Part shown: one piece after another, positions 8,537-18,303 of the stretch
Layout of the letters: each line of letters opens with the position of its first letter
Numbering within the stretch: the stretch's first letter is position 1
Assembly (NCBI GenBank): GCA_021323455.1
Contig: JAJONN010000008.1
Span: 1 to 56,737 of the forward strand
Length of the DNA stretch: 56,737 nt
Source: Alphaproteobacteria bacterium
Lineage (GTDB): Bacteria; Pseudomonadota; Alphaproteobacteria; Paracaedibacterales; VGCI01
Direction: 5' to 3'
Notes under the pieces: generated by a model
What the model saw: only the letters and a program-made list of their open reading frames with translations
Told to the model about the DNA's origin: nothing
Databases searched by the model: none
Program-made: the position numbers and the translations under genes

Positions 8537-11197
8537 TCACCGACTTGCCAACCACCCCTCAATCGCTGTTACCACCGCTGAAACATTGGTGTTGCTGCCG
8601 CCCGCCTGGGCCAAGTCCGGTCGGCCACCACCACCACTGCCTCCCAAAGCTTCCGCCCCCATACGAACCAGATCTACCGCGCTCACATGGCCCGTCAGGT
8701 CGGGGGTCACGCCAACCACAAGGGAAACTTTGCCTTCCATCACGCTGGTTACAACCACAATGCCGGAGCTAACCTGGGCTTTCAGGTCATCAACCAGCGA
8801 CTTCAAGTCTTTGGCCGGAACATCTGTCAAATGGCGCACGATCAGGGAGACGCCCCCAACTTGCCTTATCTCATTCCCTGGCTCTTTTCCGCCGTCCCCT
8901 CCTCTCGTATGAAGGGCGGCCTGGCGGCGTAAGTCGGCCACCTGGATTTTCAGGGACTTCCGTTCAGTCAGCAAGGCCTCGATACGTTCTGGAAGCTCCG
9001 CTGGCGTGGTTTTTGCCAGAGCGCTCACGTCCGCAAGGGTTGATTCCATCTCCGTGACATGCGCCAGAGCTGCAAGGCCCGTGAGCGCTTCAATCCGGCG
9101 AATGCCCGCGGCCACGCCCGCTTCACTGAGTACTTTAAACATCCCAATATCGCCTGTGCGCTTGACATGCGTTCCCCCGCACAGCTCCACAGAAAAAGCG
9201 TTTCCTGCCCCTTCCGGGCTACCCATGGTCAATACCCGCACCCGATCCCCATAGCGTTCCCCAAACAAGGCCATCGCCCCCTGGTTGATCGCTTGCTCTG
9301 TATTCATCAGATGCGTTGTTACCTCGTGATTCAGGATAATGTGATGGTTGACCAAACGCTCCACCATCAAAATCTCTTCCCTGCTCAAGGGCTTGGTATG
9401 GGTAAAGTCAAACCGCAAGCGATCGGGCGCCACCAGGGAGCCTTTTTGTGTTACATGCTTTCCTAAAATTTGCCGCAGCGCCGCATGAAGCAAATGGGTC
9501 GCGGAATGGTTGGCCCGTAACAAGGCCCGCCGCACGCCATCCACCGTCAGTTTCAATATCTCGCCTGGGATAACGGTTCCCTTGATGACCTTCCCCCTAT
9601 GGATATGCAGGCTTCCCCCTTGCTTCAGAGTATCAAGGACGGTTATCTCAGCCCCGGATGCTGTCACCAGGCAGCCCTGGTCGCCCATCTGCCCGCCGGA
9701 TTCTGCATAAAACGGCGTCTGGTTCACCAGCAGGTCAATTTCCTGGCCTTGGGCGGACTCACCTACACGCTGGCTATCGACCAAGAGGGCCTGGATGATC
9801 CCTTCCGCTTCCAGCGCGTCATAGCCCAAAAATTCCGTCGCCCCAAATTCTTCATGCAAGTCGTACCAGATTTGCGCGTTCTTTGCCTCTCCTGACCCGG
9901 ACCATGCGGCACGGGCAGCGGCTTTCTGGGCAGCCATGGCGGATTGAAACCCATCCTGGTCAACGGTGCGGTGGGAAGCTTTCAACACATCCTGGGTTAA
10001 GTCCAGGGGGAAACCAAAGGTATCATAAAGTTTGAAGGCGACTTCCCCTGGTAATGGTTCCCCTGGCGCAAGGGAAACCGTCGCCTCATTTAACAACCGC
10101 ATGCCCCGGTCCAGGGTTTGCCGGAACTTCTCTTCTTCCAGCTGTAAATTTTCGACAATCAAGGGTTCTGCACGAACAAGCTCAGGATAGGCCGTTCCCA
10201 TTAAATTTATCAGCGTTGGCGCCAATCGCCCCATCAGCGGGTCTTTCGCCCCCAAGAGGTGGGCGTGGCGCATGGCCCGGCGCATGATACGCCGCAAGAC
10301 GTATCCCCGGCCTTCGTTACCCGGCAGGACCCCTTCCGCCAGCAAGAAGGCGCACGCCCGCAAATGGTCGGCAATGACATTGTGGGATTGCCGCCAGGCC
10401 GGATCATCAACGCCCGTCAGGTCAATGGATGCCTGGATCAGCGCTTGGAACAGGTCAGTGTCATAATTATTAGGGACGCCTTGCAAGGCAGCGGCGATAC
10501 GCTCTAACCCCATGCCCGTATCCACAGAAGGCTTGGGCAGGTTAATCCGTCTCCCATCGGCAAGCTGGTCAAATTGCATAAACACCAGGTTCCAGATTTC
10601 TGTAAAACGGTCGCCATCTTCATGGGGGCTTCCTGGTGGGCCGCCAAAAACGCTTTCCCCATGGTCAAAGAAAATTTCCGTACAGGGGCCGCAGGGCCCT
10701 GTATCCCCCGCCGACCAGAAGTTATCCGTTGTGGCAATAGGAATAATGCGGTCCTCCGAAAGACCTGCAATTTTTTTCCATAATTTCGCCGCTTCAATAT
10801 CTTCATGGTATACGGTGACGAGCAACCGGTCTTTAGGCAAATGAAAATGATTGGTTACGAGATCCCAAGCAAAGAAGATTGCTTCTTCCTTAAAATAGTC
10901 CCCGAAGGAGAAATTCCCCAGCATTTCAAAAAAGGTATGGTGACGGGCCGTGTAACCGACATTTTCCAGGTCGTTATGCTTGCCCCCTGCCCGTAAACAT
11001 TTCTGCACCGTTGTCGCCCGTGTATAGGGGCGCTTTTCCGCGCCTGTAAAAACATCCTTAAATTGTACCATCCCCGCCGTCGTAAACAGGAGCGTCGGGT
11101 CATTTCGGGGAACCAGCGGGGATGAAGGCACAAGCTCATGCCCCTGGTTTTTAAAGAATTGGAGGAAGGTGGACCGGATATCGGTTAAAGTTCGCAT
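8537..11197 (-). CDS. alaS: Alanine--tRNA ligase
   Basis: The 886 aa protein has a class II core ([28 protein letters not shown]). It has the editing-domain HxxxH...CGGTH motif and a C-terminal DHHA1-like tail. Confidence 0.97.
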   Translation of the reverse strand: MRTLTDIRSTFLQFFKNQGHELVPSSPLVPRNDPTLLFTTAGMVQFKDVFTGAEKRPYTRATTVQKCLRAGGKHNDLENVGYTARHHTFFEMLGNFSFGDYFKEEAIFFAWDLVTNHFHLPKDRLLVTVYHEDIEAAKLWKKIAGLSEDRIIPIATTDNFWSAGDTGPCGPCTEIFFDHGESVFGGPPGSPHEDGDRFTEIWNLVFMQFDQLADGRRINLPKPSVDTGMGLERIAAALQGVPNNYDTDLFQALIQASIDLTGVDDPAWRQSHNVIADHLRACAFLLAEGVLPGNEGRGYVLRRIMRRAMRHAHLLGAKDPLMGRLAPTLINLMGTAYPELVRAEPLIVENLQLEEEKFRQTLDRGMRLLNEATVSLAPGEPLPGEVAFKLYDTFGFPLDLTQDVLKASHRTVDQDGFQSAMAAQKAAARAAWSGSGEAKNAQIWYDLHEEFGATEFLGYDALEAEGIIQALLVDSQRVGESAQGQEIDLLVNQTPFYAESGGQMGDQGCLVTASGAEITVLDTLKQGGSLHIHRGKVIKGTVIPGEILKLTVDGVRRALLRANHSATHLLHAALRQILGKHVTQKGSLVAPDRLRFDFTHTKPLSREEILMVERLVNHHIILNHEVTTHLMNTEQAINQGAMALFGERYGDRVRVLTMGSPEGAGNAFSVELCGGTHVKRTGDIGMFKVLSEAGVAAGIRRIEALTGLAALAHVTEMESTLADVSALAKTTPAELPERIEALLTERKSLKIQVADLRRQAALHTRGGDGGKEPGNEIRQVGGVSLIVRHLTDVPAKDLKSLVDDLKAQVSSGIVVVTSVMEGKVSLVVGVTPDLTGHVSAVDLVRMGAEALGGSGGGGRPDLAQAGGSNTNVSAVVTAIEGWLASR

Positions 11198-11284
11198 CAG
11201 AGGACATATATTCCTGTAATTGTTAATAATGATATGCCAGTGGCGTATTTAAAAGGATCAGAGGCGCTATACCTTATGCCCTCA

Positions 11285-11345
11285 CCCGTCGCCCTTCGCT
11301 CCGTTGTCGCGAAGCACGCCGACCTCTCCCACAAGGGGAGAGGTA
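11285..11345. repeat. REP-like compound palindromic element in the recA-alaS spacer
   Basis: One hairpin pairs CCTCTCCC (11323-11330) with GGGAGAGG (11336-11343). A second pairs CTTCGC (11294-11299) with GCGAAG (11309-11314). It translates into the PLPLWER...ATGEG pseudo-peptide (ORF 11197..11397) that I recall recurring in spurious alphaproteobacterial ORFs. Confidence 0.35.
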
Positions 11346-11386
11346 TAGCAGCCTTAACGGCTCCTGGTTCCTTCCCCAAAAGAAAG

Positions 11387-12442
11387 CTACGCTGCATCTT
11401 CGATCATAGATTCCGGCCCAGCAATCATCGCTTCAGCAACAACGCCTGTATTTTCCCGGACCGCTTTTTCAATTTGGGCAAATATTTCCGGGTTTTCTTT
11501 CAGAAAAGCCCGCGTCGCTTCCCGCCCCTGCCCAATACGCTGGCTGCCGTAAGAATACCAGGAGCCCGCCTTGTCAATAACGCCGGCCTGGACGCCCAGA
11601 TCAATCAGCTCGCCTGTCTTGGAAATGCCTTCTCCGTACATGATGTCAAAATCAACAACCTTGAACGGCGGGGCCATCTTGTTTTTCACAACTTTAACGC
11701 GGGTCTGGTTGCCTGTCACAAGGTCTTTATCCTTAATGGCGCCAATACGACGAATATCGAGACGGATTGAGGCATAGAACTTCAAGGCATTACCACCTGT
11801 GGTTGTCTCTGGGTTCCCAAACATAACCCCTATTTTTTGACGGATCTGGTTAATAAAGATGACCATACACCCTGTCTTGGAAATAGACCCGGCTAATTTC
11901 CGCAACGCCTGGCTCATAAGCCGTGCCTGTAACCCCATGTGAGAGTCCCCCATATCCCCTTCCAATTCGGCCTTGGGCACAAGGGCTGCAACGCTATCAA
12001 TAACCAATACGTCAATAGCACCGCTGCGCACTAACGTATCTGCAATCTCCAAGGCTTGTTCGCCCGTATCCGGCTGGGAGATTAACAAATCATCAAGATT
12101 AACCCCTAGTTTTCGGGCATAGCCGGGGTCAAGGGCGTGTTCTGCATCGATAAAGGCGCATGTCCCCCCGATTTTTTGGGCTTCTGCAACCACGTGAAGG
12201 GTCAGGGTCGTTTTACCGGAAGATTCTGGCCCATAAACCTCAATGATCCGGCCTTTAGGCAAGCCCCCAATGCCAAGAGCAATATCAAGGCCTAAAGAAC
12301 CCGAAGAAACGACTTCGACCTCAACAGCGTTTTCACGTTGGCCAAGACGCATCACAGACCCTTTCCCAAAGGCCCGTTCAATTTGAGATAAAGCTGCATC
12401 CAAAGCTTTTGTTTTATCGCCGCGGGATAAATCGTTTGACAT
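11387..12442 (-). CDS. recA: Recombinase A
   Basis: It has Walker [10 protein letters not shown] and the L1/L2 regions, with full-length colinearity to RecA. Confidence 0.98.
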   Translation of the reverse strand: MSNDLSRGDKTKALDAALSQIERAFGKGSVMRLGQRENAVEVEVVSSGSLGLDIALGIGGLPKGRIIEVYGPESSGKTTLTLHVVAEAQKIGGTCAFIDAEHALDPGYARKLGVNLDDLLISQPDTGEQALEIADTLVRSGAIDVLVIDSVAALVPKAELEGDMGDSHMGLQARLMSQALRKLAGSISKTGCMVIFINQIRQKIGVMFGNPETTTGGNALKFYASIRLDIRRIGAIKDKDLVTGNQTRVKVVKNKMAPPFKVVDFDIMYGEGISKTGELIDLGVQAGVIDKAGSWYSYGSQRIGQGREATRAFLKENPEIFAQIEKAVRENTGVVAEAMIAGPESMIEDAA

Positions 12443-12502
12443 AGGCTCGTCTCCCTTTTTTCTGTTTAGGTTGTTTCTTTAACGCTCAAATTTATTAATT
12501 CT

Positions 12503-12517
12503 GTTCTTTCTGAGTTG
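12503..12517 (-). promoter_or_regulatory. Putative alphaproteobacterial-type SOS (LexA) box upstream of recA
   Basis: The sequence is GTTC-TTTCTGA-GTTG, one mismatch to the GTTC-N7-GTTC direct repeat described for Rhizobium/Rhodobacter recA. It lies 61-75 nt upstream of the recA start. Confidence 0.4.
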
Positions 12518-12568
12518 TCATCCTAGGGCTGGAGTGCAGCCTAGAGTACCAGAATTAATGTAAATGTA

Positions 12569-14983
12569 CTAGTCTAGTGTTAGCACTTCTTTAACTTTAG
12601 ATGCTAGGTCTTTTAGCGTAAATGGCTTTGGTAAAAAATGGATTTTTGCATTATGATCCAGGTTTTTGCGAAACGTATCTTCCGTATAGCCGGATATAAA
12701 AATGGTCTTTGTTTCTGGATAAAGGTCCCTTACCTTTTTGCTCAAAGTCGGGCCATCCATTTTCGGCATCACAACATCCGTAACCAACAAATCAAAACGT
12801 TCCCCATTCTTCAAGGTTTCAAGAGCTGCCTCGCCGCTATCCGCTTCAATAACGCGGTATCCCTTTTCCCGCAATGCCCGCGCGCTGAACATACGCACGG
12901 CGTCTTCATCTTCAACGAGCAAAATAGTCCCCCCACCCGTTAAGTCTTTTGAGGATGTTTCTATGGGGGGAGCTGACGCCTCTTCTTCTCCCCCCTCATG
13001 GCGGGGCAATAAAATTCTGAAGGTTGTGCCTTCATTCAGGACACTATCAACCAAGACAAACCCCCCGGTTTGCTTCATGATCCCATAGACCATTGAAAGA
13101 CCGAGGCCCGTTCCTTCCCCCACTTCCTTGGTCGAAAAGAAAGGCTCGAAAATATGCTCCAAATGTTCCGGCGGGATGCCCTGCCCCGTATCCATAACTT
13201 CGATCATCACATAATCACCCTTGGCAACCAGATCATGCCCCATGCGCTGCTGCTTCAAGCACTGGTAATTGCTCGTCCGAATGGTCAGGACGCTGGTCAT
13301 GGCGTCCCGGGCATTGACCGCAAGATTCATAATAACTTGCCCAAGCTGGCTGACATCAACTTTTACAGGCCATAAGTCACGCCCATGGATCATTTTTAAC
13401 TCAATGCCGGCACCAATAAGACGGCGCAATAGATCAGAGAGCTGATTCAAATGGTCCGTGATGTACACAACCTTTGGTTGCAATGTTTGTTGGCGAGAAA
13501 AAGCGAGCAATTGACGGACCAAGTCGGCTGCCCGGTTCGCATTTTGCTGGATCTGCACAACATCTGAATAGGCCGGGTCATTGGGTAAATACCGCTGCAG
13601 CAGTAAATCGCAATACCCAATCATCGCGGTCAACAAATTGTTGAAATCATGCGCAATACCGCCCGCCAGTTGGCCAACGGCCTGCATTTTCTGAGACTGG
13701 ATGAATTGGCGTTCCAGGCGTTTTTGTTCTGAAATATCGAGGAACTGCAACATCAAGACAGGTACGCTCTCTTCTTGCATTAAGTAAGAGACATAAGTCG
13801 TGGTATGAATCTTGTCTTCATCAAAACGAATTTCAAAAGGCGAAGGGGGCGTCGTGCGCTCAAAAGCCCGGCGGAGTTTTGTCGTGGTTTCAGACCGGGC
13901 AGCGGGATGAATCATTCCAAAAAAGTCCTGGCGTGGCTTAACGTCCCCGATCATTAAGGCAAAAGCGGGGTTGTAATCAATAATTTGGCCTTCCTCCCCA
14001 ATGATCACGGCTGCGATTGAAGCGTCAGAAAAAGCTTGCTTGAAAATACTTCCGCTCGCGCCACTGGAAAGAAAGCTGTCCGCCCGGCAAAAAAGGAGCG
14101 GCTGAGATTTCGCAGTGGTCAGAGCGAGCATCTTGAAGGGAACGGCATGAGGACTGCGCACAGAGATAATGGATTTATGCGCCGCACCCTCTTCGTCTAA
14201 AAATGCTTGAAGCGGTTCGCCTAAAACTCCCTCTCGCGGCAAGCCAAGCCATCGGCAAAACGTATGGTTTGCCCCCGTGATGAACCCATTAGGATTTGTA
14301 TAAACAATCCCAACAGGCGCCCGGTCAACGAAAGATTCAAGAGCCTCATAATTATGCTTCAGTTGGTTGTGGCTGGCAAAATGGGGCGTAATGTCCTGGA
14401 GGGCGACCATAAGCCCTTTGCGCCCAAAATATCCGCCGATATCAAGGGGGGCCGTTACGGCCAGCCACCATTTCTGGTCTTGCCCCAAGCCATTTCCGCC
14501 TCCTGTGACCACGACTTCCCCACGGGCTTGCCCTTCAACCATGGATTTAAACTGGGCCGCTTCAGGGGTCGGGGCCAGGCGCGTCAAGACTTTTCGCAAA
14601 AACTCTTCCTGGTTGGGGTATGTATTGGGATGGGTGGTCCAAATGGATTTGCCAGTATCATCGAAAACAGCCGCTTCAATGGTGGGCGTTAATGTCGAAA
14701 TACTGGCATGGATAAGCCGCAGCTTTTGTTTGTAAACGGTTTGCTTCTTGTTGGCATACACCCAATAAGCCATGGTTGCAACAGATACAAGCCCAATCAT
14801 CACAAGGCTGAACCATTCCAGCGTATCTGTCGCGTGAGCACTGAGATAACTGAAAGCCCCACACCAGATGAGCGTTCCTAAAATAACAGCGAGTGACCCT
14901 ATTTGCGGCAACCTTGGCTCCTCCCCCCATACGAAAGAAAAACGCTCCCCCCCAGGATCATTAAGATAATGAATAATGACCAT
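12569..14983 (-). CDS. Hybrid sensor histidine kinase/response regulator (CckA-like)
   Basis: The domain order is two N-terminal TM helices, PAS repeats, HisKA ([17 protein letters not shown]), HATPase ([17 protein letters not shown]) and a C-terminal receiver (LLVEDED...[10 protein letters not shown]...K). A TTG at 14909-14911, preceded by GGAGGAG 6 nt upstream, is a more likely start than 14983. Confidence 0.85.
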   Translation of the reverse strand: MVIIHYLNDPGGERFSFVWGEEPRLPQIGSLAVILGTLIWCGAFSYLSAHATDTLEWFSLVMIGLVSVATMAYWVYANKKQTVYKQKLRLIHASISTLTPTIEAAVFDDTGKSIWTTHPNTYPNQEEFLRKVLTRLAPTPEAAQFKSMVEGQARGEVVVTGGGNGLGQDQKWWLAVTAPLDIGGYFGRKGLMVALQDITPHFASHNQLKHNYEALESFVDRAPVGIVYTNPNGFITGANHTFCRWLGLPREGVLGEPLQAFLDEEGAAHKSIISVRSPHAVPFKMLALTTAKSQPLLFCRADSFLSSGASGSIFKQAFSDASIAAVIIGEEGQIIDYNPAFALMIGDVKPRQDFFGMIHPAARSETTTKLRRAFERTTPPSPFEIRFDEDKIHTTTYVSYLMQEESVPVLMLQFLDISEQKRLERQFIQSQKMQAVGQLAGGIAHDFNNLLTAMIGYCDLLLQRYLPNDPAYSDVVQIQQNANRAADLVRQLLAFSRQQTLQPKVVYITDHLNQLSDLLRRLIGAGIELKMIHGRDLWPVKVDVSQLGQVIMNLAVNARDAMTSVLTIRTSNYQCLKQQRMGHDLVAKGDYVMIEVMDTGQGIPPEHLEHIFEPFFSTKEVGEGTGLGLSMVYGIMKQTGGFVLVDSVLNEGTTFRILLPRHEGGEEEASAPPIETSSKDLTGGGTILLVEDEDAVRMFSARALREKGYRVIEADSGEAALETLKNGERFDLLVTDVVMPKMDGPTLSKKVRDLYPETKTIFISGYTEDTFRKNLDHNAKIHFLPKPFTLKDLASKVKEVLTLD

Positions 14984-15852
14984 CCTGTAGGGATTTTATA
15001 GATGTCCATCATAACCATTTTCAGGCCAACAAAACACAAGACAAGCGCGACCCCTGATTTGAGATAGGCGAACCGCTCAACCGCGTCCGCCAGAAGAAAA
15101 TACAGGGAGCGTAAGCCCAAAATAGCAAAAACATTTGATGTGTATACGATAAAAGGATCCAGCGTAATTGCAAAAATTGCCGGGATGGAATCAACCGCGA
15201 AAAGGATATCTGAGCCTTCAATCAAGACCAGCGCCACAAACAACGGCGTCGCCTCCCAGCGCCTTGGCGTGTCCTTTGTCCGGCGCCATAACTGCTGTCC
15301 CTCTATAGTCGAAGTTAGGGGAATATGGCGCTGTAAAAAAAGGATGAGGGGATGTGTTGCCATGTTAACGGGCTTTTCCGTTCCCCAGACAATCTTGAGA
15401 CCCGTAAAAATTAAAAAACCACCCAATATATAAAGGAGAGGGTGAAACCAGGAAATCAGGGCAAAGCCGAGCCAGATCATTAAGCCCCGTAAGATGAGCG
15501 CGCTCAATATCCCCCAGAACAAAATACGGTGCTGATATTTGAGAGGAATGGAGAGTGCCTGGAAAATCACGGAAAAAATAAAGATATTGTCAAGGCTCAA
15601 AGACTTCTCAACAATATAGCCGCTTAAAAATTCCAGCCCCTTGTCAGCCCCCATCACCCCAAATAAAATCGCTCCAAACCCTAAAGCCAAAACAACCCAG
15701 CCCAAGGACCATGCCAGGGCTTCCCGGGGGGCAGGTTGATGCGCCTTTCTGTGGAATACTTTCAAATCAAGGAAAAGCATTGCAACAACAAAGGCGTTAA
15801 ACATAACCCAGAAAAAAGGCGTTGTTTCCATGAGCGTTCTTTCACTATCCAT
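14899..15852 (-). CDS. TerC-family integral membrane protein
   Basis: It is a multi-pass membrane protein with TerC-type repeats (EKSLSLDNIFIF; EGSDILFAVDSIPAI). Confidence 0.85.
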   Translation of the reverse strand: MDSERTLMETTPFFWVMFNAFVVAMLFLDLKVFHRKAHQPAPREALAWSLGWVVLALGFGAILFGVMGADKGLEFLSGYIVEKSLSLDNIFIFSVIFQALSIPLKYQHRILFWGILSALILRGLMIWLGFALISWFHPLLYILGGFLIFTGLKIVWGTEKPVNMATHPLILFLQRHIPLTSTIEGQQLWRRTKDTPRRWEATPLFVALVLIEGSDILFAVDSIPAIFAITLDPFIVYTSNVFAILGLRSLYFLLADAVERFAYLKSGVALVLCFVGLKMVMMDIYKIPTGWSLFIILMILGGSVFLSYGGRSQGCRK

Positions 15853-15919
15853 GACAGGAACCTGTTAATAAGTTTATCATAGACTTGAATTCAGGCAAGA
15901 ACCAGAGGGCTTGAAGCCA

Positions 15920-16342
15920 ATGCAAATAACGCCAGAGATTTATATTGACGAGAAAGAGATCAGCGAATCCTTTATCCGCGCCAGCGGGCCGGGTGGACAG
16001 AATGTCAACAAGGTGTCAACAGCCGTCCAGCTGCGCTTTGATATTGCCCACTCCTCTTCCCTGCCAGAAGAGGTGCGGATACGCTTGCTGGGTATGGTTC
16101 GCAGCCGCCTCACGAAAGAAGGCGTCCTCATCATCACCGCCCAACGGTACCGTAGTCAGGACCAGAACCGCCAGGATGCCCGCCGTCGGCTGGCAGACCT
16201 CATTCTCCGCGCAACCTTCTCCCCGACAAAGCGGGTTCCCAGCCAACCAACCCGTGCGTCAAAAGAATCCCGCCTCTCCAACAAAGCCCGCCGCAGCCGC
16301 TTGAAACGAGGGCGCCAGAATGTGGGCGAGGATGAGGAGTAA
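15920..16342 (+). CDS. arfB: Alternative ribosome-rescue factor ArfB (peptidyl-tRNA hydrolase, YaeJ/ICT1 type)
   Basis: It has the GGQ motif (ASGPGGQNVNKVSTAV) and a basic C-terminal tail. It is colinear with E. coli YaeJ from the ATG at 15920; the track ORF starts at a TTG at 15911. Confidence 0.9.
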   Translation: MQITPEIYIDEKEISESFIRASGPGGQNVNKVSTAVQLRFDIAHSSSLPEEVRIRLLGMVRSRLTKEGVLIITAQRYRSQDQNRQDARRRLADLILRATFSPTKRVPSQPTRASKESRLSNKARRSRLKRGRQNVGEDEE

Positions 16343-16462
16343 AGACTTCACTGCAAATCAAGAGCCAAAGAACAGGCGTGACTTTAAGAACCCCATCCAT
16401 TCCTTATTGTATTTTTCTAGCCTCTTCCCCTCTTTCCTTCTTTAACCTCTTTATTCTTTGAT

Positions 16463-16713
16463 CCCAATTCCCGTCCGCACCAGTCATCCCCTTCATGGCA
16501 AAGCTTGCCATGAAGGGGCTATGAGAGTTCCGTATTTTCAGGAGGTTCCCGTCCCGCTTGGTACTCCTTACCCAGGCGAGACAAGAAACTTTCCTTAATC
16601 TCAGGAAATCCTTCAGTCGTTTTTTCAAACGACCCTATTTTTATATTCCGCTTTCCACCTCATCTTTTGGAGATATCGGCAGATCGCAGAGACTGATGCG
16701 GACAGGAATTGGG
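16463..16713. repeat. 251-bp inverted-repeat-bounded structured element (MITE-like or sRNA-like)
   Basis: The 23-nt terminal inverted repeats are CCCAATTCCCGTCCGCACCAGTC (16463-16485) and GACTGATGCGGACAGGAATTGGG (16691-16713), complementary at 21 of 23 positions. Inside are a perfect 14-bp hairpin (16488-16518) and a 7-bp hairpin followed by a T-run (16616-16645). Confidence 0.45.
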
Positions 16714-16729
16714 ACCTGTGTCGGGTTAT

Positions 16730-17053
16730 TCAAGCTAGGGGGCTTTCAAGGGTGTTATGGATGGGCCAAGGGTGGGGGTGTTCCCGGTGAGGATAAAGCT
16801 TCTTTAAGGCGGCCATAAAGTTCCTGAGGTTCTCTTCCGCCCCATCCTTGAGACCTCTAATCTTGGAGGGATAGGGACAGGGGTTGCTTTGCTTTTCAAC
16901 CCTACGTCTGTCCTTCGCTTGGCCTTCTCTCCCCAGAAGAGCAACAGGCCAACGGTTACGGATAAGAGCTTGCCAGTAAATGATGTGAAGGCGTTTCAAA
17001 ATGGCATCTTTGATTGTAGAGCGCATCAGTATTCTCCTTTGATTACCAAACAT
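16730..17053 (-). pseudogene. Possible C-terminal remnant of an rve-type (IS3/IS481-like) transposase
   Basis: The segment TIKDAILKR...IIYWQALIRNRWPVALLGRE loosely resembles the RTLKDE...W...YN..RPH.ALGG end of DDE integrase-core transposases. There is no intact catalytic domain. Confidence 0.25.
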
Positions 17054-17372
17054 TAAGTTATCAGGGGAGTTTTACCGATTACCGATAGCGTTTGTCAAAT
17101 TTTCTGATTGCCCATAGGGCATAAGGCGCACCTAATTCATTGATTTGATTATGAATAATAGAAAAAATTATTGCCCATTTTTTCCTTCTAGATTGCTCGA
17201 TCGAATTATTGATATTGATGTTAATGAAGAAGTTGAGATGCTCCTTCAAACGAGAAGAAATCCTGAAACAACGATGTGCCTCATAAAAAGAGCCCTTAAA
17301 AGGCCAGGCAGCCTTTCCCAGTTAAAGAATGCTACTTATTTTTAACGGAAAAAGCAGGCCTTAAAAAAAGTG

Positions 17373-17425
17373 TAGACAACAAACAATTTCTCTTGTATGA
17401 ATGATGTACAATAATCAAAAGTACA
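17373..17425 (+). promoter_or_regulatory. Sigma70-like promoter plus palindrome upstream of S24 peptidase copy 1
   Basis: The -35 is TAGACA (17373-17378), with a 17-nt spacer to a -10 TATGAA (17396-17401). TGTAC-N11-GTACA (17405-17425) follows, immediately before the RBS GGAGAGAAGG. Confidence 0.3.
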
Positions 17426-17437
17426 GGAGAGAAGGAT

Positions 17438-17998
17438 ATGCTTGCACCATTCCGTCACAAAAACAGCCGTGAATTAAAACCGTTCCCTTCTACTTGCTTA
17501 CCAAGTGCTAATGATTTGGACACATTTCGGTTTCCAAAAAACACAGGGAAACCTACGAGTGATCCAAATTGCCTGGCATTTGGTTCTTTCAAGCTTACAA
17601 ATCTCGATTCACCATACTTTGAATCTTCTGTATCGGCGGGTTATCCTTCATGGGTAGATGATCCCTTTAAGCGGCATTTAAATTTAAGCAGTTACTTAAT
17701 GAAACATCCTAAAACAACGTATTATTTTAAAGTAATGGGCTATTCAATGGTTGATGCCGGCATCAACCATAAGGACTTATTGGTTGTGGATACAGCCCTG
17801 CACCCCAAGCACAGGGATATTATCATTGCTGTTCTCAATGGTGAATTTATGGTGAAACGTTTCTATTTGGAAGGATTTCAAGTGAAATTATTACCAGCCA
17901 ATCCTGACTATCCAGAAGTTACCGTGACCAAGGAGATGAACTTTTTCGTCCATGGTGTTGTGACAACCGTTATCCGTACTTTTAATCCCCTTTCTTAG
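17438..17998 (+). CDS. S24 (LexA/UmuD-family) self-cleaving peptidase, UmuD-like, with a 60-aa N-terminal extension
   Basis: The C-terminal ~125 aa are colinear with E. coli UmuD. It keeps the cleavage-site context VSA-G, the Ser nucleophile in MGYSM and the Lys in MVKRF. No HTH is recognisable. Confidence 0.8.
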   Translation: MLAPFRHKNSRELKPFPSTCLPSANDLDTFRFPKNTGKPTSDPNCLAFGSFKLTNLDSPYFESSVSAGYPSWVDDPFKRHLNLSSYLMKHPKTTYYFKVMGYSMVDAGINHKDLLVVDTALHPKHRDIIIAVLNGEFMVKRFYLEGFQVKLLPANPDYPEVTVTKEMNFFVHGVVTTVIRTFNPLS

Positions 17999-18217
17999 GG
18001 TGTGTCATCAATCATCGCCTTTTGGACTGCAAATGGTGGTTTTCTACCCTTCCGTTTCTCAAATACTCTTTGGTATTCTGCGATACGGTTCTCGAAACCG
18101 CCATTTTAGCTTCGCTGACCTTCGGTTTGCCAAAAAATCCTTCAATTGATGGGGTGCCCTAGATAATCATTTTTAGACGGATATAAAAAAGCGGGAGGAC
18201 CATCCACAACAAATTCG

Positions 18218-18286
18218 TAGACAGGCAAAAAGTTTTCTGCCTATGTTTTGCGTACAGTATTCTAAATGCTAAAAGAATAAATTGTA
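18218..18286 (+). promoter_or_regulatory. Sigma70-like promoter plus palindrome upstream of S24 peptidase copy 2
   Basis: The -35 is TAGACA (18218-18223), with an 18-nt spacer to a -10 TATGTT (18242-18247). TATTCT-N10-AGAATA (18258-18279) follows, nested in an imperfect TACA...TGTA palindrome (18253-18286). Confidence 0.3.
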
Positions 18287-18303
18287 TAGGGCTGGAGTTG
18301 AAA

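Noticed and set aside
8451-8932. Long plus-strand ORFs (153, 103 and 81 aa) inside alaS. Similar antisense ORFs occur inside gltA (21871..22539), the 5949..6830 gene (5841..6467), the OMP gene (7566..8009) and rpsF (50551..50946).
   Set aside because: They lie antisense to strongly supported conserved genes. They have low-complexity Pro/Arg/Ser-rich composition typical of shadow frames, and no RBS.
16404-16628. A 74-aa minus-strand ORF within the IR-bounded element.
   Set aside because: Its sequence is dictated by the palindromes (SPFMASFAMKG is the hairpin read through). It has no RBS and no family resemblance.
16463-16713. Two-piece (permuted) alphaproteobacterial tmRNA or a tRNA-like gene. 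The idea arose because the inverted repeat ends in ...CCCGTCCGCACCA and its partner could supply a 5' acceptor strand.
   Set aside because: The acceptor would lack the G3:U70 alanine identity pair. No T arm can be folded next to the CCA. No tag reading frame ending in Ala-Ala precedes a stop downstream.
18008-18019. The 12-mer TCAATCATCGCC is shared between this site and the spacer near 20365, which could indicate a dispersed repeat.
   Set aside because: Dozens of identical 12-mers are expected by chance in a 57-kb window on two strands. The flanks do not extend the match.
17999-18297. A umuC remnant between the two umuD-like genes.
   Set aside because: None of the three plus-strand frames resembles the Y-family N-terminus (M..L.D.N.FYASCE). 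The only protein-like signal is a weak transposase-like fragment on the minus strand.
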